Positions 1 to 11,673 of a stretch of 38,781 bases of DNA are shown here, in pieces; the stretch's first letter is position 1; each line of letters begins with the position of its first letter. A model generated the notes under the pieces. The model saw only the letters and a program-made list of their open reading frames with translations, was not told the DNA's origin and searched no databases. The stretch is from the NCBI GenBank assembly GCA_011109175.1, contig RDEW01000138.1, positions 3,269 through 42,049 on the forward strand, read 5' to 3'. The position numbers were made by a program, and so were the translations under genes. Source of the stretch: Dicyema japonicum (taxonomy: Eukaryota; Animalia; Dicyemida).

Positions 1-289
1 AAGAAATTGGAGTCTAACAATAATATAAAATCCACGAGATACGCTCTCACGAACAGATTATATGATCCAGTGTTGCAAAGGAATTTAAAGCAAACGAGGT
101 GATCCATCGAGAAAAGAAAGGACAGAGCGACAAATTTGGAATCAAGAAGTACAATAAGATTTAACAAGTAAAAAGTACACGTGGAGATGGGTTGATATTG
201 ATTGTTCATAGTCTATATCATCATAGAGATATCCATTAGAAATAATTTGTAAATTAAATTTGGATAGAGATTCGATAAATAACTAATAT

Positions 290-730
290 TACTACTCTTT
301 TATATTTTGTGGCAGAAAGCGTTATTCAATTACATTCAGATTTTTTTGAAAATTCATTTTTTGTTAATTTTTTGAAACCTAGAAAAAATGTTTTCTGTCA
401 TCCACGCAAGAGTATAAAATTCCATAAATTTCAGGAGATAAATTTTTGAATCATTTACGTATCTTCCAATTATTCATGGTTGTCATTTTTCTCCTGTGTA
501 GCTGCTGGATAGACAAAAAGTAACTCTATTTTTACTCCGATAAAAAAAGCAGTTTCGTCACTATTAATGATGTTCTTTGCATATTGTTCAAATTTAAAAA
601 TTAATTATAATAAATAATCGGAAGCGTCTGCTGATTACAGGGGGTAGATTCACCTGACAGTGCCTTGACTTCTCCAATTATTCATTTGAAGCTGTAAAAT
701 GTTTAAGTCCATTCTCAAAATAACAGTTAG
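290..730 (-). mobile_element. Decayed pogo/Tigger-type (Tc1/mariner superfamily, DDE_1) transposase relic
   Basis: Minus-strand translation across stops and frameshifts gives HFTASNE*LEK, LSGES, KNIINSDETAF, YTLAWMTENIF and LNNAFCHK. These are in the order of the Tigger/pogo motifs F.ASNGWL.KF, GES, I.N.DET, AWMT..IF and LDNA..H. Confidence 0.7.
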
Positions 731-894
731 TGAAATTTTTTAAGAGTTCCGAAAAGTGGAAGATTCTGCTTCCTTATACGCTAAAAAATACACTTGAATT
801 TTTGTCTAATCTTTTTTTTATTTTCACTTTTAAATAGAGATACAAATATTAACCAATTATTTGAACTTGAATAAAAGAATCCTCTTTCGATAAT

Positions 895-1745
895 TTGGAT
901 TACTGATTCGTGAGGATTTTTATTTTCAAGTATTATTTCACGATAAATCTCGTTATAGCAAAGATTGCACAGGTTTAGAGGTTTTGAATGCGAATTAAAA
1001 TGAAGGCTGCAAGTTCCAATACTTTTCCGACTCAAGCATTTCTGAATATCTCCAATACTAAATTTCAGTTTTGAGAAGGATAATAGACATCAAATCTAGC
1101 AGCACCTTAATACTGACATCAATATTACTTAATGAATGTCAAAAAAAGTCTTTTTTATTCTTGAAATATTAAATTTAATAATGACCTCTCCATTTCGGCC
1201 TCGAGAGTATAGTTATAATTCTCTAACTAGTAACTATGTATATAGTTGTTGCAATGTTATCGTGAACAGCAATCTTCGTTGAACAGACTTAATATTCGCT
1301 CTACCAAAGTGGTTATTATTATGTTCTTTTTAGAAAAGTAAAAAAGACTAAATTAACCTCGATCATTGTAAGCTTTAGTTTATCCTCTTCACTGCGAAAC
1401 AAATTAGAAAGCAATTATTCATCAAAATGAAAGCCTTTCCTTTCCAAAATTCTATTTTTGGTTAGCTTTTTAAGTCGATACTTCTTTCTCCTGTCAATTT
1501 CAGAATCAACAATTTTTGATAATTTCTCTTTATTCAGAACAACTAAATAACTCAAAGTCGATCAGAAAGACACGTATTTAGCATGATGAAAACAACATTT
1601 AGAGAAAGTTGTAAATTCCTGAATTTTTCCAACACTGAAATGATCTATAGTATAGATCATCTCGTCACTAGATTAAATATATTTTTAACGTTTTATTATT
1701 TAAAAAAGTGGTTCTTCAATTTTATTAATTTCCAAAAAACCAAAA
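895..1745. repeat. Module A, decayed coding-like repeat of unknown origin (copy 0)
   Basis: Clearly homologous to 4357-5200, 9168-9876 and 17983-18336. Each copy has different stops and frameshifts. No family recognised. Confidence 0.75.
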
Positions 1746-1765
1746 ATTGGCTCTTCGACTTAGAA

Positions 1766-2061
1766 NNNNNNNNNNNNNNNNNNNNNNNNNNNNNNNNNNN
1801 NNNNNNNNNNNNNNNNNNNNNNNNNNNNNNNNNNNNNNNNNNNNNNNNNNNNNNNNNNNNNNNNNNNNNNNNNNNNNNNNNNNNNNNNNNNNNNNNNNNN
1901 NNNNNNNNNNNNNNNNNNNNNNNNNNNNNNNNNNNNNNNNNNNNNNNNNNNNNNNNNNNNNNNNNNNNNNNNNNNNNNNNNNNNNNNNNNNNNNNNNNNN
2001 NNNNNNNNNNNNNNNNNNNNNNNNNNNNNNNNNNNNNNNNNNNNNNNNNNNNNNNNNNNNN
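1766..2061. other. Assembly gap (run of N)
   Basis: 296 consecutive n. Confidence 0.99.
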
Positions 2062-3181
2062 AACGAGAGGATCATAAGTTAATAAAGAATATGCCCAATG
2101 TGAAATCGACGTAATCATGTAATTACACTAAATAGCAAATTTTCATAAAAAATCCCGCGCAACTAATATGCACATGTTTTCTTTATAGCAGGAGATAGTT
2201 AGCTTCTAAGAGCCCACTAATATAAGCCCGGTTGCTATCAAGAGACCAGCTGAGATTATTGGGCGCCCATATATGTCTTTTAGAGTCACTAGCATTTTCC
2301 CTCAGGAACCTTCCCCCAAAAATCCCATTGGTTGCTATAAAAGTGGCTCTAGACCGATCATACAAGCAAAAATATTCCAACATCGAGGAATCAATAAAAA
2401 TTAACTAGCATTTCCCCTCAGGAACCTTCCCCCAAAAATCCCATTGGTTGCTATAAAAGTGGCTCTAGACCGATCATACAAGCAAAAATATTCCAACATC
2501 GAGGAATCAATAAAAATTAAAAAAACCTAAATTTATTAAAAAAATAATTATTCTGTCCATATTCCATTTATATATTCAAAATGGTAATTCTTCCTGACAA
2601 GATTCATCCAACTAAAAAACCACCAAAGGCCAAACTGATTCTCCAAACTTTTAATATGATTTCCAGTCTCAATAAGAGCATATTTCCTCATAATATTAAC
2701 TTTTGAATTCTACGAGTATTAAGAATCCCTAACCTCAGTCTCTGATGGTTGGTTTGGGCCATTGCTTTGTTCACTCATTCCTCCAAGACGGAAGGGTCCT
2801 CAAGTTTGCTTTGAGCCGGTTTCGGGAGTTCGTATCATTTTGTGGAAAGGGTTTCCATTGAAATCCCTGATTTGATCCTCTCCACTTTTTTTTAGAATTT
2901 GAGTCTCGCACGTGAATTTTTGGCATTCCTCGAATAAGCTGAAGTCTAACGGGGGAAATTTTTCTAGGTAGCTTTTTTTGTGTGAGGAAAGGTTTTCATT
3001 TCCTCCTCGATTAGATTTAATATTTACAAGATAATTATTTGGTCTCCAGCTTCTTTTACAAGGACATTGTCATCTCCCTGCTCATAATAGGGTAGAGCAT
3101 CTAGAACCACTTGTTCTATAATATAAATATAATCCCACTTTATTTAACAAACAATAAAAAAATGAATATATTTAATAATCA
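2062..3181 (-). repeat. Module B repeat, possibly a decayed LINE 5' region (APE endonuclease start)
   Basis: Homologous to 16568-17702. The minus strand of the second copy gives QRLRLGIFNTRRIYN, resembling the L.I...NVRG start of LINE endonucleases. The repeat is certain; the LINE identity is tentative. Confidence 0.5.
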
Positions 3182-3250
3182 ACAACCTTCCTCGCCTGCC
3201 TGTTCGCCAGTCTCCTCTGGCAGGTTCGATTCTGGTTGCTGAAACAATTC

Positions 3251-3500
3251 CTAGGGCGCCTTGTCTAATTGAACCCTCTGCCCATATGGCATCTCAGGGC
3301 TCTGCCTCCTATACTCCAGTGTCAGGCTCTCTAGGATCCGCTTTAACACAGTGGACTGTAGATAGGCCTGGAGCTTCCTATCTACCCCCAACTGCTTCAG
3401 ATAACCCTTGTGGTACTTTGTTCCAATTCCTTCCCACGTCATTACTATATGAATAACGAGGACCTTGCAACCAAACATCTACCCCATCTCGTTTGCAAGT
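3251..3500 (-). mobile_element. C-terminal fragment of an RLE-type (R2/R4-like) non-LTR retrotransposon
   Basis: ORF GCKVLVIHIVMTWEGIGTKYHKGYLKQLGVDRKLQAYLQSTVLKRILESL matches the post-endonuclease tail pattern V..IPYVMTWDG.VTKYH..YLK.L......AYIQS.VLK.T.E of this element family. Confidence 0.75.
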
Positions 3501-5749
3501 TCTATAATATTATTATTATTATTTAAATTTATTTTATTTTGTTTAATTAATTTTTAATCAAAGTTATCATTATTATTGGTTTAGGACCACGAAGACCTTG
3601 CAACCAAGCATCTACCCCATCTCGTTTGCAAGTTCTATAATATTATTATTATTATTTAAATTTATTTTATTTTGTTTAATTAATTTTTAATCAAAGTTAT
3701 CATTATTATTGGTTTAGGACCACTGAGTTAAAAGAGAAAGAAAAATGTTCTACCTTGTAAAAGAGGAAAAAAATAATGTTTCGTATGGAAGAGGAGGTTG
3801 CAAGATAAATTGACCAATCCCTTATGGTTGATAATTTATCTGGGTCGCTATTTGATTATTATCTTTGATATTAATTTGAAAGCGTGAAAGCGTCCCACTA
3901 GAGATTATGCGATCATAAACAGATGCTCGGAATGCACTTCTTATAAAAATTTAAAAATCCCGATTAACCTGATCACTGCCTTTGGCTCTCTATTAAGAAA
4001 AGGGAGGTAATCTTTACTCTCGTGAAAAACAATGTACACTACTGAGTATCAACAAACGCGATCTGAAGTCTTGGATTCAACAAGTTTCTGGGTCGTCAAC
4101 GACCGAGCATCGAAGCTAATGAAATTTATTTTCTCGTGAAATTCGGCTAAACCTGGTGCGCTACCACAAGATCTCCACGTATGTCTCAATGCCTACCTAT
4201 AAAAATCGAATAGGAAAGTCGTCACTTAATGACGTCGGGACATATCTTCTTTTCTTGTGTCCAGGCCCTTCGTTTTTTCCTCTGCATTGGATAACCTTTC
4301 GGATGTATGGAGTGTCTATCTATGGTAGTTACATTCTTGTATGTATTTGAGAGCATTGGATTACTGATTCGTGAGGATTTTTATCTTCAAGTATTATTTC
4401 ATGATAAATCTCGTTATAGCAAAGATTGCACATGTTTAGAGGTTGTTGAATGCGAATTAAAATAAAGGCTGCAAGTTCCAATACGGATACTTCTACTCAA
4501 GCATTTCTGAATATCTCGAATACTGAATATCAATTTTGAGGAAGATGATGAAACATCAAATCTAGCAGCATCTTAATACTGAAATCGATTTTACTTAATG
4601 AATGTCAAAAATTCATTTTTTATTCTTGAAATATAAACATTACTTTATTAATCACCGCTCTATTTCGTTTTCGAGGGTATATTTATAATTCTCTAACTAT
4701 GCATCTAGTTGTAGCAATGTTATCGTAAACGACAATCTTTGTTGAACATACTTAATATTCGCTCTTTCCAAAATGGTTATAATTTTGTTCTTTCTAGAAA
4801 AGTAAGAAAGACTAAATTAACTTTGATCACTGTAAGCTTTAGTTATCCTTTTCACTTCAAAAAAATAGAAAGCAATTATTCATCAAAATGAAAGTCATTC
4901 CTTTCCAAAAATCTATTTTGGTTAGCTTTTTAAGTCGATACTTCTTTCTCCTTCAATTTCAAAATCAATAATTTTTAATAATATCTCTTAATTCAGGACA
5001 ACTAAATCACTCAAAGTCGAGCAGAAAGACGCGTATTTAGCATGATGAAAGCGACATTTAGAGAAAGTTGTAAATTCTTGAATCTTTACCAGAACTGAAA
5101 TGATCTCTAGTATAGATCATCTTGTCACTAAATTAAACATAATTTTTTAACGTTTATTATTTTAAAAAGTGTCTCTTCAATTTTTTTAATTTCCAAAAAA
5201 CTAAAGCTTATATTCGCCATGGTTTCCGATCCCTGGGATTCAAATAGTCCTGAAAAACATCGCTAATTTTCGCTCATGGGCTTATTTTGGAAAACTCTGA
5301 TAGTCATTAATTTGTTTACAATACAAACATTTATATAATATAATACTAATTATGTTTTTGTCGTCCAGAATAATTGTGTCTATCTATACACTAAGTTTGG
5401 TCACTATTTTTTTCTCGAGAAAATGCGACGCCTAGCTACTCTCATAGCCATTCCCTCCTTCAGTTGATCTCCTTGGATATCTTGAGAAAGAAATCAGCAT
5501 CAATTATGTCGACGGGAATCAAAAATCATTAAATTAAAACAGCCATTCATCCAAATTGGACCCCGCTGACATTATCGACGTTGCGTTGCCTCTCATGATT
5601 ATAACAAGGAGTAACTGGAGAAGCTATCGGGTTTCATGTGCGTAGTGGCTTTTTAGTGTAGCTAAGCGTCCAAGTTTTTTAAATTATGAACTAAATATTA
5701 ACGAAAAATAAATTTGTAAGTCATTATTATAATCTAATATAAAATAATA

Positions 5750-6594
5750 TTAATAATTGAAAATCCCAATCTGTAATGGATAAAAACGTCTTCTTTTATA
5801 TTTTATTAAGTAAGTGATAACAATGGCAACAATAATTACACCAATTACACAAATTGATAATATATATTTGTTTTCTAAATTTAAATTAATATTACTGATT
5901 GCATGAGACTTTATTGTTTTTAGAGTACGATGAGTTGGTGTATAACTTCGATATGTATTTGTCATTAATTTTATATTAAAATATTTTTTTGATTTTATTT
6001 TTCTGAAATCACATCCGAGTGCTAAATGTCGGTTAATATAAGTTACCATTTCCAGTAAATTTAGTGTTATTGTCTGTTTTTGATAGCTGCATTTTCATAT
6101 CTTTTATTTTTATAGTTCCATAATTAGGAATAGTTATAACTAGTTCACTGCAGTTATAATAGCCGTTAGTCGAAATGTTCGGACTTGAAGCATACATAGG
6201 TCCACGAAAAGAAAGCAATTCTAATCCCCATATAACATCTAAATAATTTGATATACGGGAAAATAGTAATGTGAATTTTATATCATTTTTCTTCCATTTA
6301 AGCGCACCAAGATGGTGTCTACGTGAATCAAAATCAAAAATTGCGTCATTTAAATTTTCATATTTCATCTTTTATTTAATTTAATGTATTTACAGTATTA
6401 TCAATTTTATATTCAACTTCAATTATTCCACTAAACAACATTACGACGTGGTTGTTCTTTGTCGCACCCCACATAGGTACATTATTATACAACATTTCAA
6501 AAGTATTAATATTCCTCCCCAATAATTTATTGCTTGCTAAACACGTATATATTCCTATTTTTAATTTACTTTATAAACCTAGTAATTGGAACAT
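5750..6594 (-). CDS. Spliced type I membrane protein with LAMP-like ectodomain, copy 1 (256 aa); exons 6594-6579, 6554-6394, 6368-6047, 6021-5750
   Basis: Removing GT-AG introns 6555-6578 (24 nt), 6369-6393 (25 nt) and 6022-6046 (25 nt) joins track ORFs 6033-6368 and 5750-6049 plus upstream exons into one 771-nt frame. Product: MFQLLGIYTCLAS...FSGIIEVEYK...FTLLFSR...GYYNCSE...MKMQ...FTGNALGCD...YILSICVIGVIIVAIVITYLI KYKRRRFYPL. The same structure is open in all three copies. Confidence 0.85.
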
Positions 6595-6772
6595 CTCACT
6601 TCAATTGTTCCAATTATGAAACAATTTGTTTTATTTAAATAAAATTGAAACTAATATTTTAAATAAAATAAAGAATTAATTTATATTTTTTTAGCTAAAA
6701 ATAAAGTTATCGTGGGATGTAAATATATCATAAGTAACATCAATATAAATGACCTTTAGTTTACTGTTAGGT

Positions 6773-7930
6773 AACCTTGAAATGCAAAAAATTCAATATC
6801 TCCAACAATACTGGACACCAATAATCCTAATTTACTATTAATCGGATCGCTGCATCAGAGAAAACCTTGAAATGCAAAAAATTCAATATCTCCAACAATA
6901 CTGGACCCAAATAATCCTAATTTACCATTAATCGGATCGCTGCATCAGAGAAACTTCACTGACCTGCAAAAATTTCTCAGGAGAATCACATCTCCGTCCA
7001 AAGACTGTACCAGAACCAACAATATACACGGCATTATGCCTTCGCTTTTTATACGAACCCTCAAAGTGAACAAGATACTAGAATCCATACTACCATGAGA
7101 TTGCCTCTATTGAACGACTACTCCAGAAGATTTTCAGAGTTGAATTTCAAGTCTGCATTGTAGAATCATCCATCTCTGGCTTAAATATTGTTCATTAGCT
7201 CTTTGCTTTATCTGGACCACCAAGACTTTACGTTAAAATTGGGACTGTTTATTTTTTTCATGATTTTTCATTTAGTCATGTAAAGCTGTTATAAGTCACA
7301 CCAAGTTTACAAATTCACGAGTTCAGAAAAAGCCGTGGCCTTTTCAACTCTGCTAAATTGTCGGTTGAGAAAGAAATTATCCTCAAAGGCTTCATCAGGG
7401 ACTCTAACCCAGCTTTAATAATGAAATACTCCACCTCATTCGCGAGAAGAGACGCTTAAGGAGATCGAAGATTGATCATCAAAGAGAACTATCCTCACTG
7501 GATAAGCAAATAACCATGTTGATTTCTAATGTCAAAAATTAAAAACGGACTGGATTTTTTTCTTACTTTAAAATCAAAACCTAAAAATTTATGCAGATTC
7601 ATCAAGGATGTTCAGGTCAGTTAAAATGATTCCTATTCCATTCATGAAGGGATGTTTGATAAAGACAAACTAAATAATTTCGCTGTTATGCAAAGAATTT
7701 GATGACCTATTATTGCAATACCAGTCACATTCACATGTCCAAATATAATCGTTCTCAGAGAGTCCAACCAACACGAGGTACGAAGGGTCATCCAATTTCC
7801 CGTACGGCTAATCTATGGTTTGATTCAAAAAGTGCGCGCAACATCCCTGCCAAATAACCTGATGGTCTATGTATAGAGCAATTAGAAGAACTTCAAATTT
7901 GATGATTTTTAAATATTGAATATACGGAAA
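6773..7930 (+). mobile_element. Decayed Jockey/I-like LINE fragment (endonuclease end, linker, RT start)
   Basis: Plus-strand pieces LDH (SDH-like), PSFNNEILHLIREKRRLRRSKIDHQRELSSLDKQI (LINE linker pattern) and NQHEVRRVI (pre-RT EV...I). Repeated at about 13329-14600 and 22401-23470. Confidence 0.55.
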
Positions 7931-7999
7931 ATGAAACATTTATTGCAATTGAAAATTCTTTAGATTTGAAGAATAGTGAACAAGAACCTGAAAAAAATA

Positions 8000-8660
8000 A
8001 GACATGTAGAAAAAACGGATATTGCAGTTGGATTAACTGCATAATTGGAGAAGGTGATGTTAGTGTTCTTATAAGACACGTCTGTGTACTGTTGGGAATT
8101 GCACTGTTTGTACAGGGAAGCAAATCCGTTTCCATTTTGTCGGATAAGGTCTTAAAGTGATCAGGGGATTAGTTTATCTAGTTTCCTGAGATTACTAATA
8201 GTAGTGGATCTCAAGGACTCAATGTCATTGATTTTTTGTTTGTTCGTCCAGGACAGATTGATTCCCCATGACGCACATCCATAGCTGACAGATACCTCAA
8301 TTTTTGTACAATGATTTTAACCCTGGGAAAGGAGTCTTAATGCCACCAAAAGAGTCTAATGCCACCACTTCTGTTGGTAGAAGAAACCGGATGGTTTTAA
8401 GTGTTAATAAATAAATTGAATAGCACTGAGGATAGTCACCTCATACTTGTGATGTAGTACCTAACCCTTAAAGGAATATCACTATTTTCTACAATGGTTT
8501 CTCCCATACTTGTCGCCTTTGGTTATCTTTGAGATACCGACCAGGCATTGGACGTATTCTTAGTCAGATGGATCCTGCAACGCATCATAAAAATTGAAGA
8601 AGACAAAGAGTAGATAGGAATCCCTGCACCAAGTTGGTAGCAGTGTATATCAAACTCATA
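8000..8660 (-). mobile_element. Decayed LINE reverse transcriptase fragment, opposite orientation
   Basis: Minus-strand LSSVLFNLFIN (LSPxLFNLFIN motif), preceded by an FVDF..A.D-like segment and followed by a degenerate FADD region. Repeated at about 14660-15325 and 23540-24158. Confidence 0.5.
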
Positions 8661-8715
8661 GTTAATTTGCGACGCAACGACAGCATTGACCCGTACTGAA
8701 TCTGGTCCCTGCGTC

Positions 8716-9065
8716 GATGTTCTTGCTTAAGAGGAGAAACCAACAGGTCAACAAAAAATTCAGGACAACAATGGAGATATGATTTTTGACGCTATGGAAC
8801 AAGACGAACTTATCGCTTTTCATTTTGAACGATCTTTGACGTACATGGGGAAAGGTCACTCATAATGCAGGAAATCTTGTAAATAAAATCACGATTGGAG
8901 AAGTTATGAACGCAATAGAGAGACTGAAGTGCAATCGCTAGTCAGGAACGGATGGCATAAGTGCTGAGTTACTGAAGTACGACCCCAAAACCCTAGTGGA
9001 AATCGTGGCCAAAGTATTAAACGAAATATTTGCAACTAAGGACCTTCTTCCGTATGGCAAAGGAA
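8716..9065 (+). mobile_element. RTE-like LINE RT fragment
   Basis: ITIGEVMNAIERLKCNR*SGTDGISAELLKY...KVLNEIF. Homologous at DNA level to 24847-25200 of the longer RTE-like copy. Confidence 0.8.
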
Positions 9066-9876
9066 TTCCCTTTTTTTCCTCTGCATTGGATCAACCTTTC
9101 GGATCAATGGAGTGTCTATCTATAGAGTAGTTATTTTCCAGTATCAAGTTGTGAGGATCTGATGATTGATTCGTGAGGATTTTTATCTTCAAGTATTATT
9201 TCATGATAAATCTAGTTATAGCAAAGATTGCACAGATTTTGAAGTTTTTAATGCGAATTAAAATGAAGGCTGCAAGTTCCAATACGTTTTTTTTCTACTC
9301 AAGCATTTCTGAAAATCTCGAATAATGAATTTCAGTTTTGAGGAGGATAATAAGAAATCAAATCTAGAAGCACCATAATACTGAAATCGATATTACTTAA
9401 TGAATGTCAAAAAAGTCTTTTTTATTCTTGAAATATTAGCATTATTAATCACCGATCCAATTCGTCCTCGAGGGTATATTTATAATTCTCTATGTATCTA
9501 GATGTAGCAATGTTATCGTATACGGCAATTTTCATTGAACAGAGTCAATATTCGCTCTCTTCCAAAATGGCTGTAATTATGTTCTTTCAAATTAACATCG
9601 ATTTTTGTAAGATTTAGTTAAAAAATATTATAAAGCAACTATTCATCAAAATGAAAACCTTTCCTTTCCGAATTCTATTTTGGTTAGCTTTTTCTTTCAA
9701 TTTCAAATCAAGTTTTCCAGATTTTTTGAATTTATTAACTTTTGAAATTTTCTCTTTATTCAGAAAAACTAAATCACTCAAGGTCAATCAGAAAAACGCG
9801 TATTTAGCATTATGAAAACAACAGTTAAAGATAGTTGTAAAATCCTGAATTTTTCGAAAACAGAAATGATCTATAG

Positions 9877-11673
9877 CAATGGTTCGCATTTTTTTATTTA
9901 ATCGCCCCCTCAACTTTTTTTTCGCCCCTTATTTTACTAGTCAAAAGTTATTACCACATCTAGAAATTATTTAAGGAATATATTTTTATTTAAAAATCAT
10001 AGTTTTAATAATATCCCTGTTGTTGATGAGTATTCACAAGATTCTCTAAATTCGCCTTTCTTTTCGCAATCCTTCTATCTCCTCTTTCTTGTACATTTAT
10101 TTTGTTTCGTTTTTTACCGATGAATTTTTTTCCATACTCAAAGGTATTTAGAATTTAGATTTTGTGACTATTTCTACTTATCTTCCGACTTCATTAATAA
10201 AGAATTTGAAATTAATGCCGTATATCAATAATTCTAGCTAAACTTCAAAATATGAAAATAAATTGGAAAATATATAATAAATTTGACATTCACAAAATTT
10301 CTTCATGATTTAAAGCTACGTAAAGAATTGATTAGTCAAGGAATTATTTGATAAAACTTTGATCAATCTGCACGTTCAATAATAAAGAAATAATAAAGTG
10401 ACTAAAAAATATACATGACCTCAAGAAGCAATTTCTTTTTTTAATCTGTTCTTTATCTTTTCTCGTTCCATAAGACTTGCGTCATGTTATTCAATTATAT
10501 TTTTGTCGTGTTTATCAACATTATTTGTAGAATTAAGTATATCCTCGAAGCCATCGTCCTATCCGATATGATGACTTCATTTATAGCTATAATGACTTCA
10601 TAGATCTAAATTGAGTATATTCCATCCCAATCAAAATATCCATGACGAGGAATCAACAAAAGCGATCCAAAGTCTTGGATTCGAAAGTTTCTAGCTAGTT
10701 CTTCACCGATTTAAAAAATCAACGATGGAATCGCATAATTTTACAAATCGTAAAACCTGTTTTTGCAATTATCTCTGCAACTTTGACTGAATAAAATAGT
10801 CCAGAAACATTTTGAAATATACTTTTATTAAAACGAGAAATTAAAGTTTATTTTATTTTCATAATTCATTTTTAATTCAAAAAAAATTTTGTTTTTTTTT
10901 TCTAATTGAGTTGGGAAGTTAACGTTTTAAATGTTCGATTAAGCGCGATGGCTTCAAGCCGCATTGGAAAAAACTGTACCACATTGCAAGCGTTATGAAG
11001 ATCCTGAGGATTTTTAAAATATCCAAAAGAAATATATTCCTCTTTATAGGTTCTAACTTTTTTTGAACAAGACTCATCACGAAGTATTAGAAATCACGCT
11101 AATAATTTTAAATGAAATATTATTATTATTATTGAACCAAGACTGGATGTCATTTACAAACAGTTCATCGAGTCAACAATATGACACACTTGTAATGTCT
11201 GGGGAACTAACCTTGGAGCAAAGAATTTAGACAAGATCTGTAACATTCAAATGAAGGCAGCAAACCTACTAAGGAAATCTTCTCGTGTGGACATCATGGC
11301 CAGAAACCTTGAAAATATGATAGAGACGACTGGAACAGTACCCCTGCGAAGGACTCGAGTATGCGAAGCACACCCATATCGGAAATGCGCAGGAACGAAG
11401 TTGGAACACCGAGAAAAAAATTCGAAAACCGTTGAGGTAATCCGGGATCACCTGAATATGTTTATTTTGAATATGACAGTGTTTTTCTGGTTCTATAATA
11501 ATAAATAAAATATAATATAAATGTTGTAGTTTTAATATAATATAAATAAAATAACACTCGATTATTTATGTGTCTTTAATTTTTCATATGACATTGAGCT
11601 CTTAGAGCATCATCTCCCCTTGATAAGAAAAATCGCCCAAAAGGGGAGATTCTCCCCTCGTTGTGAACCACTG
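9877..11673 (-). mobile_element. Internally deleted hAT element, Buster/ZBED5-like
   Basis: Imperfect TIRs CAATGGTTCGCA (9877) and TGTGAACCACTG (ends 11673) with AATCGCCC subterminal motifs. Minus-strand relic around 10780-11080: SKKVRTYKEEYISFGY...QCGTVFSNAA/KPSRLIEHLKR...SVKVAEIIAKTG, matching the BED finger and N-terminus of Buster-type transposases. Absent from module A copies 0 and 1. Confidence 0.8.
11190..11460 (+). mobile_element. Probable LINE C-terminal fragment nested in the hAT element
   Basis: GC-richer island. NVWGTNLGAKNLDKICNIQMKAANLL resembles the post-RT Y...VW......KL..LQ.KA.R pattern. Second copy at about 19900-20170. Confidence 0.4.

Larger units (their letters stand above)
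4268..8695. repeat. Tandem segmental duplication unit 1 (module A, module C, membrane-protein gene, LINE relics)
   Basis: Colinear high identity with 9068-15360 and 17983-24158. Lacks the hAT insertion present in units 2 and 3. Confidence 0.9.

Noticed and set aside
1583-2118. Four track ORFs of 111-164 aa spanning the gap
   Set aside because: They are open only because N translates as X.
6033-6049. 17-nt overlap of two ORFs suggesting programmed frameshifting or translational coupling
   Set aside because: There is no slippery heptamer. A 25-nt GT-AG intron restores the frame exactly in all three copies, and two further introns of the same size class lie upstream.
6583-6616. 11-bp stem, 12-nt loop hairpin overlapping the start codon of gene copy 1
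   Set aside because: Copies 2 and 3 have a non-compensated mismatch and the stem is AT-rich, so there is no evidence of conservation.
6574-6650. Upstream frame FQFYLNKTNCFIIGTIEVRCSNY as a possible extra exon
   Set aside because: It ends in TAG. Every GT-AG combination I tried to join it to exon 2 produced a stop.
7780-7860. RRVIQFPVRL resembling the Helitron/PIF1 helicase QFP.RL motif
   Set aside because: Copies 2 and 3 do not keep it (copy 2 reads QVPVPL), no other helicase motifs are present, and the context fits a LINE RT start.
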